Assembly (NCBI GenBank): GCA_964016885.1
Contig: OZ024750.1
Location: forward strand, 28,334,001 to 28,398,000
DNA length: 64,000 nt
Origin: Eledone cirrhosa
Lineage: Eukaryota
Direction: 5' to 3'
The position numbers were made by a program, and so were the translations under genes. Below are positions 24,352-37,824 of this stretch, one piece after another (positions within the stretch are counted from its first letter, which is position 1; every line of letters begins with the position of its first letter). The notes beneath the pieces are model-generated. The model was not told the origin of the DNA, did not search any database, and worked only from the letters and a program-made list of their open reading frames with translations.

Positions 24352-24540
24352 ATGGTGGCTGCCAACTCGTTTTCGAGTACGGCCACTACTTTATATCCAT
24401 GTAGGAGAACCCCTACCGATGCGCTGAACGAGTGTGACCTTTTAGTCCAGCCAGCGACTTGAAAACTCTGGTACAAACACTACACTTGTGACAATTATTA
24501 ACACATAGTGCTTGGCCCATGGTACCATGTGACGACAAGT
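24352..24540 (-). mobile_element. 3' part of RTE-derived short element (family F)
   Basis: C2H2 remnant CSVCTRVFKSLAGLKGHTRSAHR*. Matches 32143-32545, 58464-58870 and 2312-2361. Confidence 0.8.
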
Positions 24541-24588
24541 GCATACATACATACTTACATACATACATACACATCATTATTGGACCAA

Positions 24589-24763
24589 TTGGCAGTATCG
24601 GTAGAGGGTCGGCCGCCATGCTTTCCAGCATAGTTAAGTCCCTTTACGATCTGAGTTCAAATCCCGCCGAGGTTGACTTTACCTTTTATCCTTACGGGGT
24701 CGATAGAATAAAGTACCAGTAATGCACTGGGTAATTGCTGGCCTTGTGCCTAAAGTAGAAACA
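24589..24763 (+). mobile_element. Family-1 SINE with 13-bp TSD
   Basis: TSD ATTATTGGACCAA at 24576-24588 and 24764-24776. Confidence 0.9.
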
Positions 24764-24779
24764 ATTATTGGACCAAAGT

Positions 24780-24896
24780 ATGACTGAACTTGGATTTGCG
24801 GACAAAGAGCGCAGCTCCCTAATTCATAGTCTACAAATGGCTGCGATAGCTGGCACCTTCAAAATTTGCAAAACATTCTTGCGATTCAAGGGATGA
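24780..24896 (+). mobile_element. Extreme 3' remnant of a REL-type (R4-like) LINE
   Basis: MTELGFADKERSSLIHSLQMAAIAGTFKICKTFLRFKG* resembles the LQ..A..GT..I C-terminus seen at 3720-3763. Confidence 0.55.
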
Positions 24897-25209
24897 CAAT
24901 TTCTTTTCTTTTACAACCTTGCCACCAGGCAGGTGGCTGGTCAAAAAAATATACTCGAAATTAAGAAAAAGAGATAACATACATACATAGACAGACTGTT
25001 CCGCTAAGGTATTTTCGCTCTGTTTTTGTGTTACGTATAAAACATATTTACACACAAACTTGCGTCCGAGCATGTCCACATATATAAATATATTTTATGC
25101 TTGTGTAAATACACAACCTAGTCTCAGTTTAATGACTGACCCCAGGAAAAGATTTAAACTGTAAAACACACCTCACGAACACAACCATGCACGTATTTAT
25201 ACATATAAA

Positions 25210-25213
25210 TATA

Positions 25214-25269
<56 letters not shown>

Positions 25270-25291
25270 CATGTATATATTAATGTATATA

Positions 25292-25348
<57 letters not shown>

Positions 25349-25354
25349 CACATG

Positions 25355-25386
<32 letters not shown>

Positions 25387-25423
25387 TATACATATATATA
25401 TACATGTATATATATATATATAC

Positions 25424-25498
<75 letters not shown>

Positions 25499-25518
25499 CA
25501 TGTATATATTAATGTATA

Positions 25519-25567
<49 letters not shown>

Positions 25568-25665
25568 ATATATATATATATATACATGTGTATATATATA
25601 TATATACATGTATATATATATATATATACATGTATATATATATATACATTATATATTAATGTATA

Positions 25666-25760
<95 letters not shown>

Positions 25761-25781
25761 ATATATATGTATATATATATG

Positions 25782-25812
<31 letters not shown>

Positions 25813-25867
25813 ATATATATATATACATGTATATATATATGTATATATATATATATATATACATGTG

Positions 25868-25909
<42 letters not shown>

Positions 25910-25912
25910 GTG

Positions 25913-25965
<53 letters not shown>

Positions 25966-26140
25966 TATACATATATATATATATACACACGCATGCATAC
26001 ACATATTCAAAATTTGATTCATATGATGTTTCTTTTGTGGTATATGTGTGTGTGTGTATATATATATACATACATATATATATATATTTATATATATACA
26101 TATGTATATATTTATATATATACATATGTATATGGAAAAA

Positions 26141-26200
<60 letters not shown>

Positions 26201-26240
26201 CACATACATATACATACATCATATATATATATATATACAT
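25210..26240. repeat. Compound (TA)n/(TACATG) microsatellite
   Basis: Direct inspection. Confidence 0.97.
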
Positions 26241-26724
26241 GCATACACATATTCACATTTTGATTCACATGATGTTTCTTTTGTGTATACATAGTTATAC
26301 ATCTGGTGTACTTCCTGAAAATAAAGTGAGGTAAAAAGCTTGCCTTCCTCTTGTCTATCACATGAATGCGACGACCGTTGCTCAACTAATTTCTATAGAA
26401 ACTATAGTGTTACAGTAAAGATGGAGTGTCAGGTTTTAGTTGTTGTAACAGTAAAAGAAAGAGGGTATGTTTAAGGGGCTGGAGGTGATATATAACTGTT
26501 TAACAGTAAATAATAACTTCCCTTTGCCAATACCAACAGCTGGTTGAGAACTCCCAGCTTCTGTAGAAGTTCAGAAGTTGCTTACTTGGCATGGAGAAAA
26601 CTGCTGGTAAATGTTGTATATGATTGGAAATTGTTAGTGTATATATTTCATTGAACTTTCTCTCTCTCTCTCTCTCATTTATATATGTGTGTGTGTGAGT
26701 GTGTATTTATATATATATATATAA

Positions 26725-26831
<107 letters not shown>

Positions 26832-26941
26832 TTGAAATATATACACAAACAATTTCCAATCATATACAATATTTATGATTCTAATGTGTAGCCGATCGAT
26901 TTATCGATACATTCTTATTGAGTGCTTCGTGCAATCTCTGA

Positions 26942-27063
26942 AATTTGTTCTTTCGCGGATGTTGGTCGACCGTCACAGCTTCGATTTTACTAACCTTCCA
27001 ATCGTATATATATATATACGATTGGAAGGTTAGTAGAATCGAACATCCGCGAAAGAACAAATT
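26942..27063. repeat. Inverted repeat centred on a short (TA)n
   Basis: AATTTGTTCTTTCGCGGATG...TTCGATTTTACTAACCTTCCAATCG-(TA)n-CGATTGGAAGGTTAGTAGAATCGAA-CATCCGCGAAAGAACAAATT. Confidence 0.85.
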
Positions 27064-27947
27064 ATATATATATGTATACGACAGACTTCTTCAAATTCGT
27101 TTACCAAATTCCACCCGCAAATCATTGGTCAAACTGGGGCTGTATCAAAAGACTCTGACTTTTGTGGAAGATTACGAAGACACCTCCTTCACTGGACGGC
27201 CATACATGTCTATGTTAACAATTTTAATAATGTTATAAGCTTCCCTCAACAGCAGTCATTAAAAGTGTTTGACATAGCTTCATAAGGAACTGTTCTGCCA
27301 GCATCACAAGATATCTATCTCAATAAGAAGACACATTGCTTGTAGCAGTTTATTGGTATGTAAGCCTCACGGAGGTCCCTTCTTTAATGTATTATATGTA
27401 TAGATGGATCTGTAACACATGGTGAAGTTGTTAGGAGGGGGGGTGAAATAGGGAGTTTCTAAGGAACTGCCATTGTGAAATAAGGAGTTTCTAAAGAACT
27501 TTAAACCTGGTGGTGCCCTCTTCTCTCTACGTCTGAATGGAACCAATCTATTCCACAGAACGAGAGAGAGAGAGAGAGAGGGGGGGGGAGAGAGAGAGAG
27601 TAAGAACGAGATAGGGTAGAAGAATCGACTGCAATATTGGACTAGTAATTTATGTATCGACCTCGACAGGATGAAAAGCATAGTTGACCTCAGTTTAATT
27701 TAAACTCAAAGCCCAGAGAGTTGGAAAGAAGACTGCAAAGTCTTCTACCCGACGTTCAAACGACTCCTCCAACTCGCTGCCTCTTAAATATATTATTTCT
27801 GAACAAATATTTTATAAAAAATAAAACGGTAAATCTCTGAACCTGTGCTGTGTATCTAATCTTAAGGTTTAGCTTCACTTTTTACTATCTAACTCTACAC
27901 AATGACTATTTCATTAGCAAGTAACACTAACATGTTATTAGTAGTTT

Positions 27948-28165
27948 AGGGCGGTTTGTTGGCAGAATCGGCAGAGCATCGGACAACATGCTTTATGGCA
28001 TAAAGTTACAGGTCTTTATGATCTGAGCTCAAATCCTGCCGATGTTAACTTTGCCTTTTATCCTTACGGAGTCGATGAAATAAAGTACCAGTAAGATACT
28101 GAGGTCAATTTAATCGAGTTTCCTCTTCTCCAAAATTGTTGGCCTTGTGCCTAAATGAGAAACCA
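27948..28165 (+). mobile_element. Older, longer variant of the family-1 SINE
   Basis: Diverged box A/B and central block, with an extra 3' segment as in the copies at 33479 and 44228. Confidence 0.8.
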
Positions 28166-28717
28166 GTATTTTTGGTGGATCACAGATGTAAGGTTTAAGC
28201 GGACTTCAATAGGATTTGAAATCGGAATTTAGGGAGGCGAAACCAAATACTGTAAACTAAATACTGTAAAGTTTCTTGGCACCACTATTTCTGCTAATTC
28301 TCCTCATCTCAACCTCTACGTTTGATAATACTAACAGCCATTTATATCTACATGTATGCAGATCTCTAGATGTATTTTAATCCCATGTTAATACTTTAGT
28401 TCATCCTTATATCTCATTTTAGGGGCAAATGTCGTGGGAAACTTAACATCAATAGCCAAATACTAGTTCCCTGGTTAAGGAGAAAGGCATGTAAAATTGG
28501 TAAATACATAACACACACTCATACACACACACATTTACACACATCTACAACCACACACGCATACATACATAGACACACACACTCACACACATCTACATCC
28601 TCACACACACATACATATACATACATATACATACATAATACACACATACACTCACACATCTACATCCTCACACACACATGCATATACATACATACACACA
28701 TACACTCAACATCTTCA

Positions 28718-28763
<46 letters not shown>

Positions 28764-29053
28764 CATACACGCGCACACACACACGCATATATATATGTGT
28801 ATATGTATATAAACACACACAAATACACACACTCAGACTCACACGCACACAAATATACACCCGCACAAATGCATACATACACCCATACATAGATATACAT
28901 ACACTCATATATATGCACACGTTCATACATATATGCCTACACATACATACATACATGCACACATACACACGCGTGTGTATATGTGTGCATATATATATAT
29001 ATTCTTATGTGTGTGTGTATATATTCTTATATATATACACACACACACATATA

Positions 29054-29085
<32 letters not shown>

Positions 29086-29283
29086 TACATACACGTGTGA
29101 ATGTATGTATGTGTGTATATATATTTTTATGTATACACACTTACATACACGTGTGAATGTATATATATATATGTGTGTGGGTATATATATTCTTATGTAT
29201 ACACACATACATACACGTGTGAATGTATGTTTGTGTGTATGTATATTCTTATGTATACACACATACATACACGTATGAATGTT

Positions 29284-29320
<37 letters not shown>

Positions 29321-29554
29321 GTATATATATCCTTATGTATACAGTTGACATTTGTAAAGACACATATGCACGACAGTTTAATCAATAAAGACAGCAGCGA
29401 CAGATATATTGATATCAGCTGAGAAGATAAATGGAGATTAGTTGAACAGAATTCTTCAGGAAATCCCCTGCTGAAAGGATCAACTGCCTCTCATATCGTC
29501 TTCTCTGCGACATCTTTCTCGAAAAATTAAAAATGGAAACAAAAAAATAGCAAA

Positions 29555-29800
29555 ATAAATAAATATAAAGATAACTTTAGACAAAAAAAAATAGAAAATA
29601 AATAAATATATAGATAACTTTAGACAAAAAATATAGAAAATAAATAAATATATAGATAACTTTAGACAAAAAAAAATAGAAAATAAATAAATATATAGAT
29701 AACTTTAGACAAAAAAAAATAGAAAATAAATAAATATATAGATAACTTTAGACAAAAAATATAGAAAATAAATAAATATAGATTATAATTTTAGACAAAA
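29555..29800. repeat. About 42-bp A-rich minisatellite
   Basis: ATAGATAACTTTAGACAAAAAAAAATAGAAAATAAATAAAT, about 6 copies; relatives to about 30660. Confidence 0.85.
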
Positions 29801-30053
29801 AATTACTAAATTAATATATATATTATATATATATATGTAATATACATATAAATTTAGATCAAAATAAAACAAAATAAATGCATATGTAGATTATAACGTT
29901 AGACAAAAAAAAAATGCTAAATAAATATATATATACATTGTAACTAAACCCCAAAACCTCCCCCAAAAATGAATATATATATATATATATGCATATATAT
30001 ATGTATGTATATATATATATATATATATGTGTATGTATATATATATGTGTATG

Positions 30054-30113
<60 letters not shown>

Positions 30114-30375
30114 AAAATGGAACGGCAACAAAACAGAGAGGCAGTACGAACAAAATATATATACATATGTATGTATATATATATATATATGTATGTATAT
30201 ATATATATATATGTATGTATGTATATATATATGTATGTATATATATATAAATGTATGTATATATATATATATGTATGTATATATATGTATATATATTATA
30301 ACTTTAAACCTCCACCTACCCCAAAAAACTAATATATAGATAAATTATAACTTTAGACACAAAAAAAAGTAGAAA

Positions 30376-30462
<87 letters not shown>

Positions 30463-30965
30463 CTTTAGACAAAAAAAAAATAGAAAATATAAATATATAT
30501 ATTACATAGCTTATATCTTTAGACCTCCACCTCCCCCCAAAAACACACAAAAATCAACAAAAAACTAATATATAGATACAGTTTAGACATAAAAAAACCT
30601 GCAGAAAATATATATAGATAAATCATAACTTTAGACACAAAAAAAAAAAGAAAATATATATATAACAATAACTATAGTGAAAGGTTTAATGGCGGCGAAG
30701 ACATTGAAATATAAATCCCTGATGAGTTTAATGAAAGTTCTCTCGCTCACGTTTTATCCATTTTTGCCAACACTCATCCCATCTTTTTTTCAGCTTTCTA
30801 CATTTAACCTTCAGCTCTCTTACCAGTTCATACAGACCAATATTTCTACAGAAGATGGAAAACTCTCATGATAATTCCCAGGTGTCAGGAGTTAAGTAAA
30901 GTCAGAGCCGGCCGTGAACTTATGCAGGTACACAAACATACATGCATACCCATATACACACACAC

Positions 30966-31066
<101 letters not shown>

Positions 31067-31105
31067 TATATATATATATACACACACAAATATATATATA
31101 TATAC

Positions 31106-31140
<35 letters not shown>

Positions 31141-31446
31141 CGCGCACATTCACATATATACACACACACATTATAACAAATTAATATATACACATTTATA
31201 CACATACACACACACACGTGTGTGTGTGTATGTGTATGTATATACACACACACACATGGAGAAAAAAATGGATAACAACTTAACATGTACACATGCATAC
31301 ACATTCACACACACACACACACACACTATAACAAACTAACATGTACACGTAAATATACATTCACACATATACACACTCATTATAATAAACTAACGTTTCC
31401 AGACATACTCACACTATGACAAAGAAACGTGTACCCTGACATACAC

Positions 31447-31480
<34 letters not shown>

Positions 31481-31607
31481 TATAACAAAGTAACATTTAC
31501 ACATACATGCACATATGCACGCAGTTATCTCTGTCTCTCATCCCCTCCCCTCCCATACGTGTGTGTATGTAAGCGTGAGTATGTATGTATGGATGTACGT
31601 ACACACG

Positions 31608-31637
<30 letters not shown>

Positions 31638-31641
<4 letters not shown>

Positions 31642-32060
31642 AAAAAGTATGACCCCGACGGCAGAGCTCAAGCCGTTTCGACGGCTATTTCTGGACTAAG
31701 TCCAAAAATAGCCGTCGAAGCAGCTTGAGCTCTGCCGTCGGGGTCATACTTTTTCCTATTTCCCACTCTACTACTCTAAGTATTGAGTACTCTGGTGCGT
31801 TATGGTCCATCTGGTTCCTTACCACAAATCCTTTGTTATATATATATATATATATATAGGAACGAGTAGGTCCCCGACGGCAGAGCTCAAGCCGTTTCGA
31901 CGGCTATTTCTGGACTGAAATAGTCCAGAGATAGCCGTCGAAACGGCTTGAGCTCTGCCGTCGGGTCATACATTTTCCTGTTACCCACTCTACTACCCTA
32001 AGTATTTAGTACTCAGGTGCGTTATGGTCCATCTGGTTCCTTACCACAACTCCTTCGTTA
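31638..32060 (+). mobile_element. Two adjacent fold-back family B copies (31638-31839, 31857-32060)
   Basis: Each has GACCCCGACGGC...TTTCGACGGCTA-loop-TAGCCGTCGAA... plus the common 3' tail, separated by (TA)n. Confidence 0.85.
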
Positions 32061-32142
32061 TATATATATATATACATGTGAATGATAGATGTACATATGT
32101 GTATATGTATGTAGTATGTATGCATGTATGTGCGTATATATG

Positions 32143-32545
32143 ACCCCTTAGCCTTTGTCAAGGCAGAATTCTAGGAGAAGGAAAACTCTGATATAACACC
32201 TGCAACCCTGATGGTATCCAATGATGTTGACTTGTTCTTCTTTTTGGTAAATATCATCTTGGTTAAGAGAGTGGGACTGGCTTTGTGCAGTGCCTTTGCT
32301 CACTATAAAAGCTTCACAGCACAGGCATTGCTTTGTATCTGGAGATCTCTCTGCACTTGTCGTCACATGGTACCAAGGGCCCAGCACTATGTGTCAATAA
32401 TTGTCACAAGTGTCGTGTTTGTACCAGAGTTTTCAAGTCGCTGTCTGGACTAAAAAGTCACACTTGTTCAACGCATCGGTAGGGGTTCTCCTACATGGAT
32501 ATAAAGTAGTGGCCGTACTCGAAAACGAGTTGGCAGCCACCATAT
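32143..32545 (+). mobile_element. Family F RTE-derived short element, 5'-truncated
   Basis: Near-identical to the reverse complement of 58464-58866. Confidence 0.85.
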
Positions 32546-32778
32546 ATATATATATCTGTATATGTATGTGTTCTTGTATGTACGTATAAATGTATGTGTA
32601 TGTATGTTTGTACGTAAGTCCAGGAGAAGGATGGGTTCTGCCAGACTTTAAAATGCCCAAGAAACGCCGTATGTCAATATGGCGCCCCTACGACTGTAGC
32701 AGGAGTTACGGGACCTTACATACATTCATATGCGTATATGTATGTATTATATATATGCTTATACGAGGTTTATAAGAG

Positions 32779-33333
32779 GTTTAGTGAATTGGCAGTATCG
32801 GTAGAGGGTCGGACGCCATGCTTTGACGCATAGAGTTACGGCCCTTGCCATTCTGAGTTCAAATCCCGCCGAGGTTAACTTTGCCTTTCATCCTTACGGG
32901 GTCGATAAAATAAAGTACCAGTAATACACTGGGAAATTGCTGGCCTTGTGCCAAAAGTAGAAACAATTATATATATGCTTATACAGTCATTATTCAGTTA
33001 GCCATGTAAATATTTTCTGATTTACCTACCACCCCCGTCATCACCCTCAGGTTTGTCTGGTTCAACATAATCCCAGACATTTCAAACCCTCTTTCGAGTT
33101 ACGTTGGTATATTTATTATATTTATTATTTAACCAGAAAGGCGGTGGATTGGCAATATCGGTAGAGGGTCGGACGCCATGCTTTGACGCGTTGCGGCCCT
33201 TGCCATTCTGAGTTCAAATCCCGCCGAGGTTAACTTTAACTTTAATTTAACTTTCATCCTTATGGGGTCGATAAAATAAAGTACCAGTAATACACTGTGT
33301 AATTGCTGGCCTTGTGCCAAAAGTAGAAACAAT
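32779..33333 (+). mobile_element. Two family-1 SINEs (32779-32965, 33139-33333)
   Basis: First has 19-bp TSD ATTATATATATGCTTATAC at 32746 and 32966. Confidence 0.88.
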
Positions 33334-33341
33334 TATTTAAC

Positions 33342-34072
33342 CAGAAGTTCTCAAAGTGGGCGCTACCCAAGAGGAGTGTTGAGAAGGTCCAGGAAGGCGC
33401 TGGGGCCTAAGGGGGGCACTAGATATGATATAATAGTATATTAAATATCAAATGGTACATATTATATATAAATATAGTAGGGCGGTGGATTGGCAGTATC
33501 GGTGGTGTGTCGGACGCCATGCTTTGTAGCATAGAGTTACGGCCCTTTATGATCTGAGTTCAAATACCGCCGAGGTTAACTTTGCCTTTCATCCTTACGG
33601 AGTCGATAAATAAAGTACCAGTCACGTACTGGAGTAGATTTAATCGACCTTCCCCTCCCCCCAAATTACTGGCCTTGTGCCTATATAAGAAACCATTATA
33701 TATACATATAGTAAAATAAAAAAATATATAACATTCATATTTACATAGTATATATTGTATTATTTATTATATATAAATTAATTGTTTCTACTTTAGGCAC
33801 AAGGCCAGCAATTACCCAGTACATTACTGGTACTTTACTGGATTTGAACTCAGATCGTAAAGGGACGTAACTATGCTGAAAAGCATGGGGTCCGACGCTC
33901 CACCGATACTGCCAATCCACCGCCCTATATTATATATAAATTAATGATTTTATTTATTATATATTATTTACAATTTGCATGTAGGTAGATCTTTCTGGAA
34001 ATAGGGGTGGGGTGCTGAGGGTATAACGTCGCCGTGAGGGGGGCGGTGGCCCCAAAAGTTTGAGAACCTCTG
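33342..34072. mobile_element. hAT (Charlie-like) non-autonomous element with two nested SINEs (33479-33695 +, 33779-33926 -)
   Basis: TIRs CAGAAGTTCTCAAA / TTTGAGAACCTCTG. Confidence 0.65.
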
Positions 34073-35384
34073 ATTTAATATAAACAGCGCAACTGAAAGA
34101 TAGCCAAAGTAGATGAATTCAAAATAGATTGTTTATCATTTTTTTACTGGCATTTAATAAAAGATTTGAACTCTCTACGATCTGATTTCAAACTAAACTG
34201 AGGTCAACTTTGCCTTTCATCTTTTCAGGGTTGATAAACAATATAGCAGCCAAGATGGCGGAGGACAGCACGTCTCCCTCACTATCCTCCGGGGAAACGC
34301 CTTCTCTATTCTGTTCGCCTGGGACACGGGACGGCCAGCACGTGGGTTCCCATTTGCTCATAATAGTGAGAGAGCGGAAGAGACGGAGTTTGGTTCCTTT
34401 GTGTTCGGACTTGGTTATATGTTTATATTCGTCTGTGGAAGTCATTGGCAAAATTGTTAATGAGTCTGATGAGAGACGGTTAGGGGGTGTTCTGAGTTCA
34501 AATTCTGCCTCTTTTAACCAGAAAGGCGACCAGAAACGTGGTGGTATTTCTGCCAGAAGTCGTGACCGGTAGATTATAGTATTAGTCATGGAAAATTCAA
34601 TGGAAACATATCTTCTATGGTCCAATCTGACGATCGGCTTTTTTCATATTTAATAATAAAACATAGGAAGATAAAGACGTTATTGTAAAAAATACAAAAT
34701 GGAGGAGTGACTGCAACATTTTATGCTACAAGTTACTTGCACAGTTTTTGTAGAATATTTGTTATAATAAAACCACAATTTCCAGCGCATCTCCCTTAAC
34801 ACCTTCAGGGGAAACGCCTTTTCCATTCTGTCCGCCGGGGCCGTGGAGCTGCCAGCACGTGCGACCCCATTTCTTCGTAATACAGAGAGATAGGGAGGGT
34901 GAGGGAGATGGAGGCGATGACAGTGGGAGTTTGGCTCTTCTGTGTTCGGACCTGATGTGCAGCGTCAGTTGTCCGTAGGGAAAGTAGAGGTTTGTATTTA
35001 GCGAAGGCTTTTAGAATCTTGTGTTTGCATCTTACAGTTCAATATTTGTTTAATTTTTGAAACAAATATTCTATTTTCAAGCAATTTAAATTGTCAACCG
35101 AAAATCAATCATCATTTGTGGGCCATTGGATATCGTACTAATCATTAAATAGGATAAAAAATTGTTAATATCGAAGATAGTAACTCTAATATAATCAATT
35201 AATTCGATAGATATGTTTAAAATACATCTAGAGATTAAATTCTCTTCATTGAAAAGGATAAGTCACTAACTTTAAGAAGCAAAATGTCATATCTAACAAG
35301 TATATTCTCCATACATATCGTTGGCGGGAAAGAAAATAGGAAAATAGAATATATAAGTAACTTCTCTCATTGAGGTAACGGTAA

Positions 35385-35680
35385 CTGATCCGCCTCTCCC
35401 TGGCCTTGTGGTACAGAGGTAGCTAAGCTTGTGTGTATCTAAGTATTCCTTATCCCGCGTAAGTCTAAATAGGAGTCCCAGCTCATTGGTGTCAATCCCA
35501 CGGAATTCTATATCACTCTTGCTGATCATCATCACAGCAAAGTCTACGTCAATGGATGAGTATAAGGACACCATATCCATGCTATTTATGGTACAACCTG
35601 CCAGATCCCCAGATAGGTGGCATTCGTTGATTCTGATGAGATCTTCCGTACTGGGAACATATGTCTGGGGACATTTCAAT
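35385..35680 (-). pseudogene. Penelope-like element RT fragment (Neptune/Naiad-like)
   Basis: STEDL..INEC...INSMDMVSLYSSID resembles the PLE RT motif S.DV..LYPSI. Confidence 0.7.
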
Positions 35681-35939
35681 TATGGAGCGTATGATCATGG
35701 AGATCAGACATATATAGCTGAATATATATATATATTTATATATATATATATATATTTATATATATAGGCACACATACGCGGTTACTTAAGTACATAAATA
35801 CATAAATGCACACACACATACATACATATATACATATACACATAAACACACATACACACACACACTCATGCACATATATTCCTTTGTGTGTTAAAATAAA
35901 CTGACAAATTTCTAGGTCTAATGATACATGGAGAAAAGA

Positions 35940-35988
<49 letters not shown>

Positions 35989-36164
35989 GTGTGTGTGTGT
36001 ATATATATATATATACACGAGCGTCCGCGTACACACATACACAAACTTATACACACACTCACAAATTTCTTCTTTACAATCTCCCAGTATCATTAGAACT
36101 AGAAATTTGTCAGTTTATTTTAACACAAAGGAATATAATATATATATGCATGAGTATGTATGTG

Positions 36165-36227
<63 letters not shown>

Positions 36228-36284
36228 ATATACTCTTTTACCTGTCCCAGCCATCCGGCTGAGGCCATGCTAGGGCATCGCCCT

Positions 36285-36317
<33 letters not shown>

Positions 36318-37197
36318 ATCTGTGTCTGTTTGTATGTATATATATAGAGATATACATAGGTATATATATATATATGTGTGTGTGTGTGTATGTCTATATA
36401 TATATGTGTGTGTGTGCGTATGTCTACATATATATGTGTGTATATGTATTTGTGTACTTAATTACGTATGTATGTAAGTACGTAAGTATGGATGTATGTG
36501 AGTTCGTACTTAAGTACATGTATATGTCTGTATGTTTTTATGTATGTACGTATGTATGTCTGACTATCTAAGTATATATATATACATATGTATGTATGTA
36601 CGTATGTATATACGTATGTATATACGTATGTATATACGTATGTATGTATACATGCATATGTACTTACGTACGTATGTATATGTGAAGTGTGTGCAACGTG
36701 TGTGTATATGTATATGTGTAATATTTGAATGTAAAACTATATTAAATGTTGATTAATTTAAATCAGTTTATCTTAGCTCATTAATCTAAATATCTCCAGT
36801 TAATATAGCAACAAGATATAATCTTGATTGTAAGTAATTACCGTGGGAAAGTCATACATAGAAATATATCAAGCACTTTAGAAACAAACTTAGATTCAGT
36901 TTTAAGTTTTAATATTGAAAACTGATGTAAAAGAAAGTTATCAAACGAGAATCATTCACAGAAGGAGAAATGGCGGGAAAATAGAGTTGGCGAATACTTC
37001 TAGGGGGTCTTTCATTAGAAGGAGAATTACTCCGTCTCTAGCGATAAGGTTGACAGTTTTTTTTCAAAAGTTCTTCCTTCCCCCTCCCCCCTCTCTCTCT
37101 CCCTCACTTTCAAACATTTGTATGCACATGCATGTGTTCCTGGACGCGCGTATATATGTGTGCGCGTCTGCTATATATATATATATATATATATATA

Positions 37198-37484
37198 AAT
37201 ATAAGTATTGAAGTTTCCGTTGAAAATTGAAAAAGTCATAGGAGTGAAGAGTGCTCTATGTAAGTACCAGAGCAAAATTTAATGTATAATAAACAATACA
37301 ATATAATTACCTCATTACCAGAGGTTTCCCGAATAAGACGAATACGAATAAAACGTCCTCATTCGTTCGTCGGACAAGGTAATACCTTGTCCGACGAACG
37401 AATGAGGACGTTTTTTTCGTATTCGTCTTATTCGGGAAACCTCTGGTAATGAGGTAATTATATTGTATTGTTTATTATACATTA
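37198..37484 (-). mobile_element. PLE-like fold-back element with about 100-bp arms
   Basis: Near-perfect palindrome 37280-37484 centred on ACAAGGTA-A-TACCTTGT. Confidence 0.85.
37383..37456 (+). ncRNA. Type I hammerhead-like motif with variant core CCGACGA
   Basis: TACCTTGT-CCGACGA-a CGAATGAGgACG...CGTCTTATTCG g-GAAA-CC tct G-GTA-ATGAGGTA. Eight-bp stem I with two G-U pairs. Confidence 0.7.
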
Positions 37485-37496
37485 TATTATATATAA

Positions 37497-37684
37497 AGGG
37501 CAGTGGATTGGCAGTATCAGTAGAGGGTCGGACGCCATACTTTCCAGCATAGTTACGTCCCTTTACGATCTGAGTTCAAATCCCGCCGAGGTTGACTTTG
37601 CCTTTCATCCTTACGGGGTCGATAAAATAAAGTACCAGTAATGCACTGGGTAATTGCTGGCCTTGTGCCTAAAGTAGAAACAAT
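37497..37684 (+). mobile_element. Family-1 SINE
   Basis: Full-length match; ATTATATTATATATA flanks both ends. Confidence 0.9.
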
Positions 37685-37724
<40 letters not shown>

Positions 37725-37788
37725 ACACAATCGGTACAGTATATGGAATGAATATGTTAGGTTAACGCTTGAAATAGCAGGAAGAGTG

Positions 37789-37824
37789 TCTTAACGTTTC
37801 GGACGCTAGTCCTTCATCAGAAGA
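37789..37824 (-). ncRNA. Minimal type I hammerhead ribozyme (family G)
   Basis: TCTT-CTGATGA-A-GGAC tagc GTCC-GAAA-C-GTT-AAGA with palindromic AACGTT. Homologous element at 22965-23285 and 45446-45540. Confidence 0.8.
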
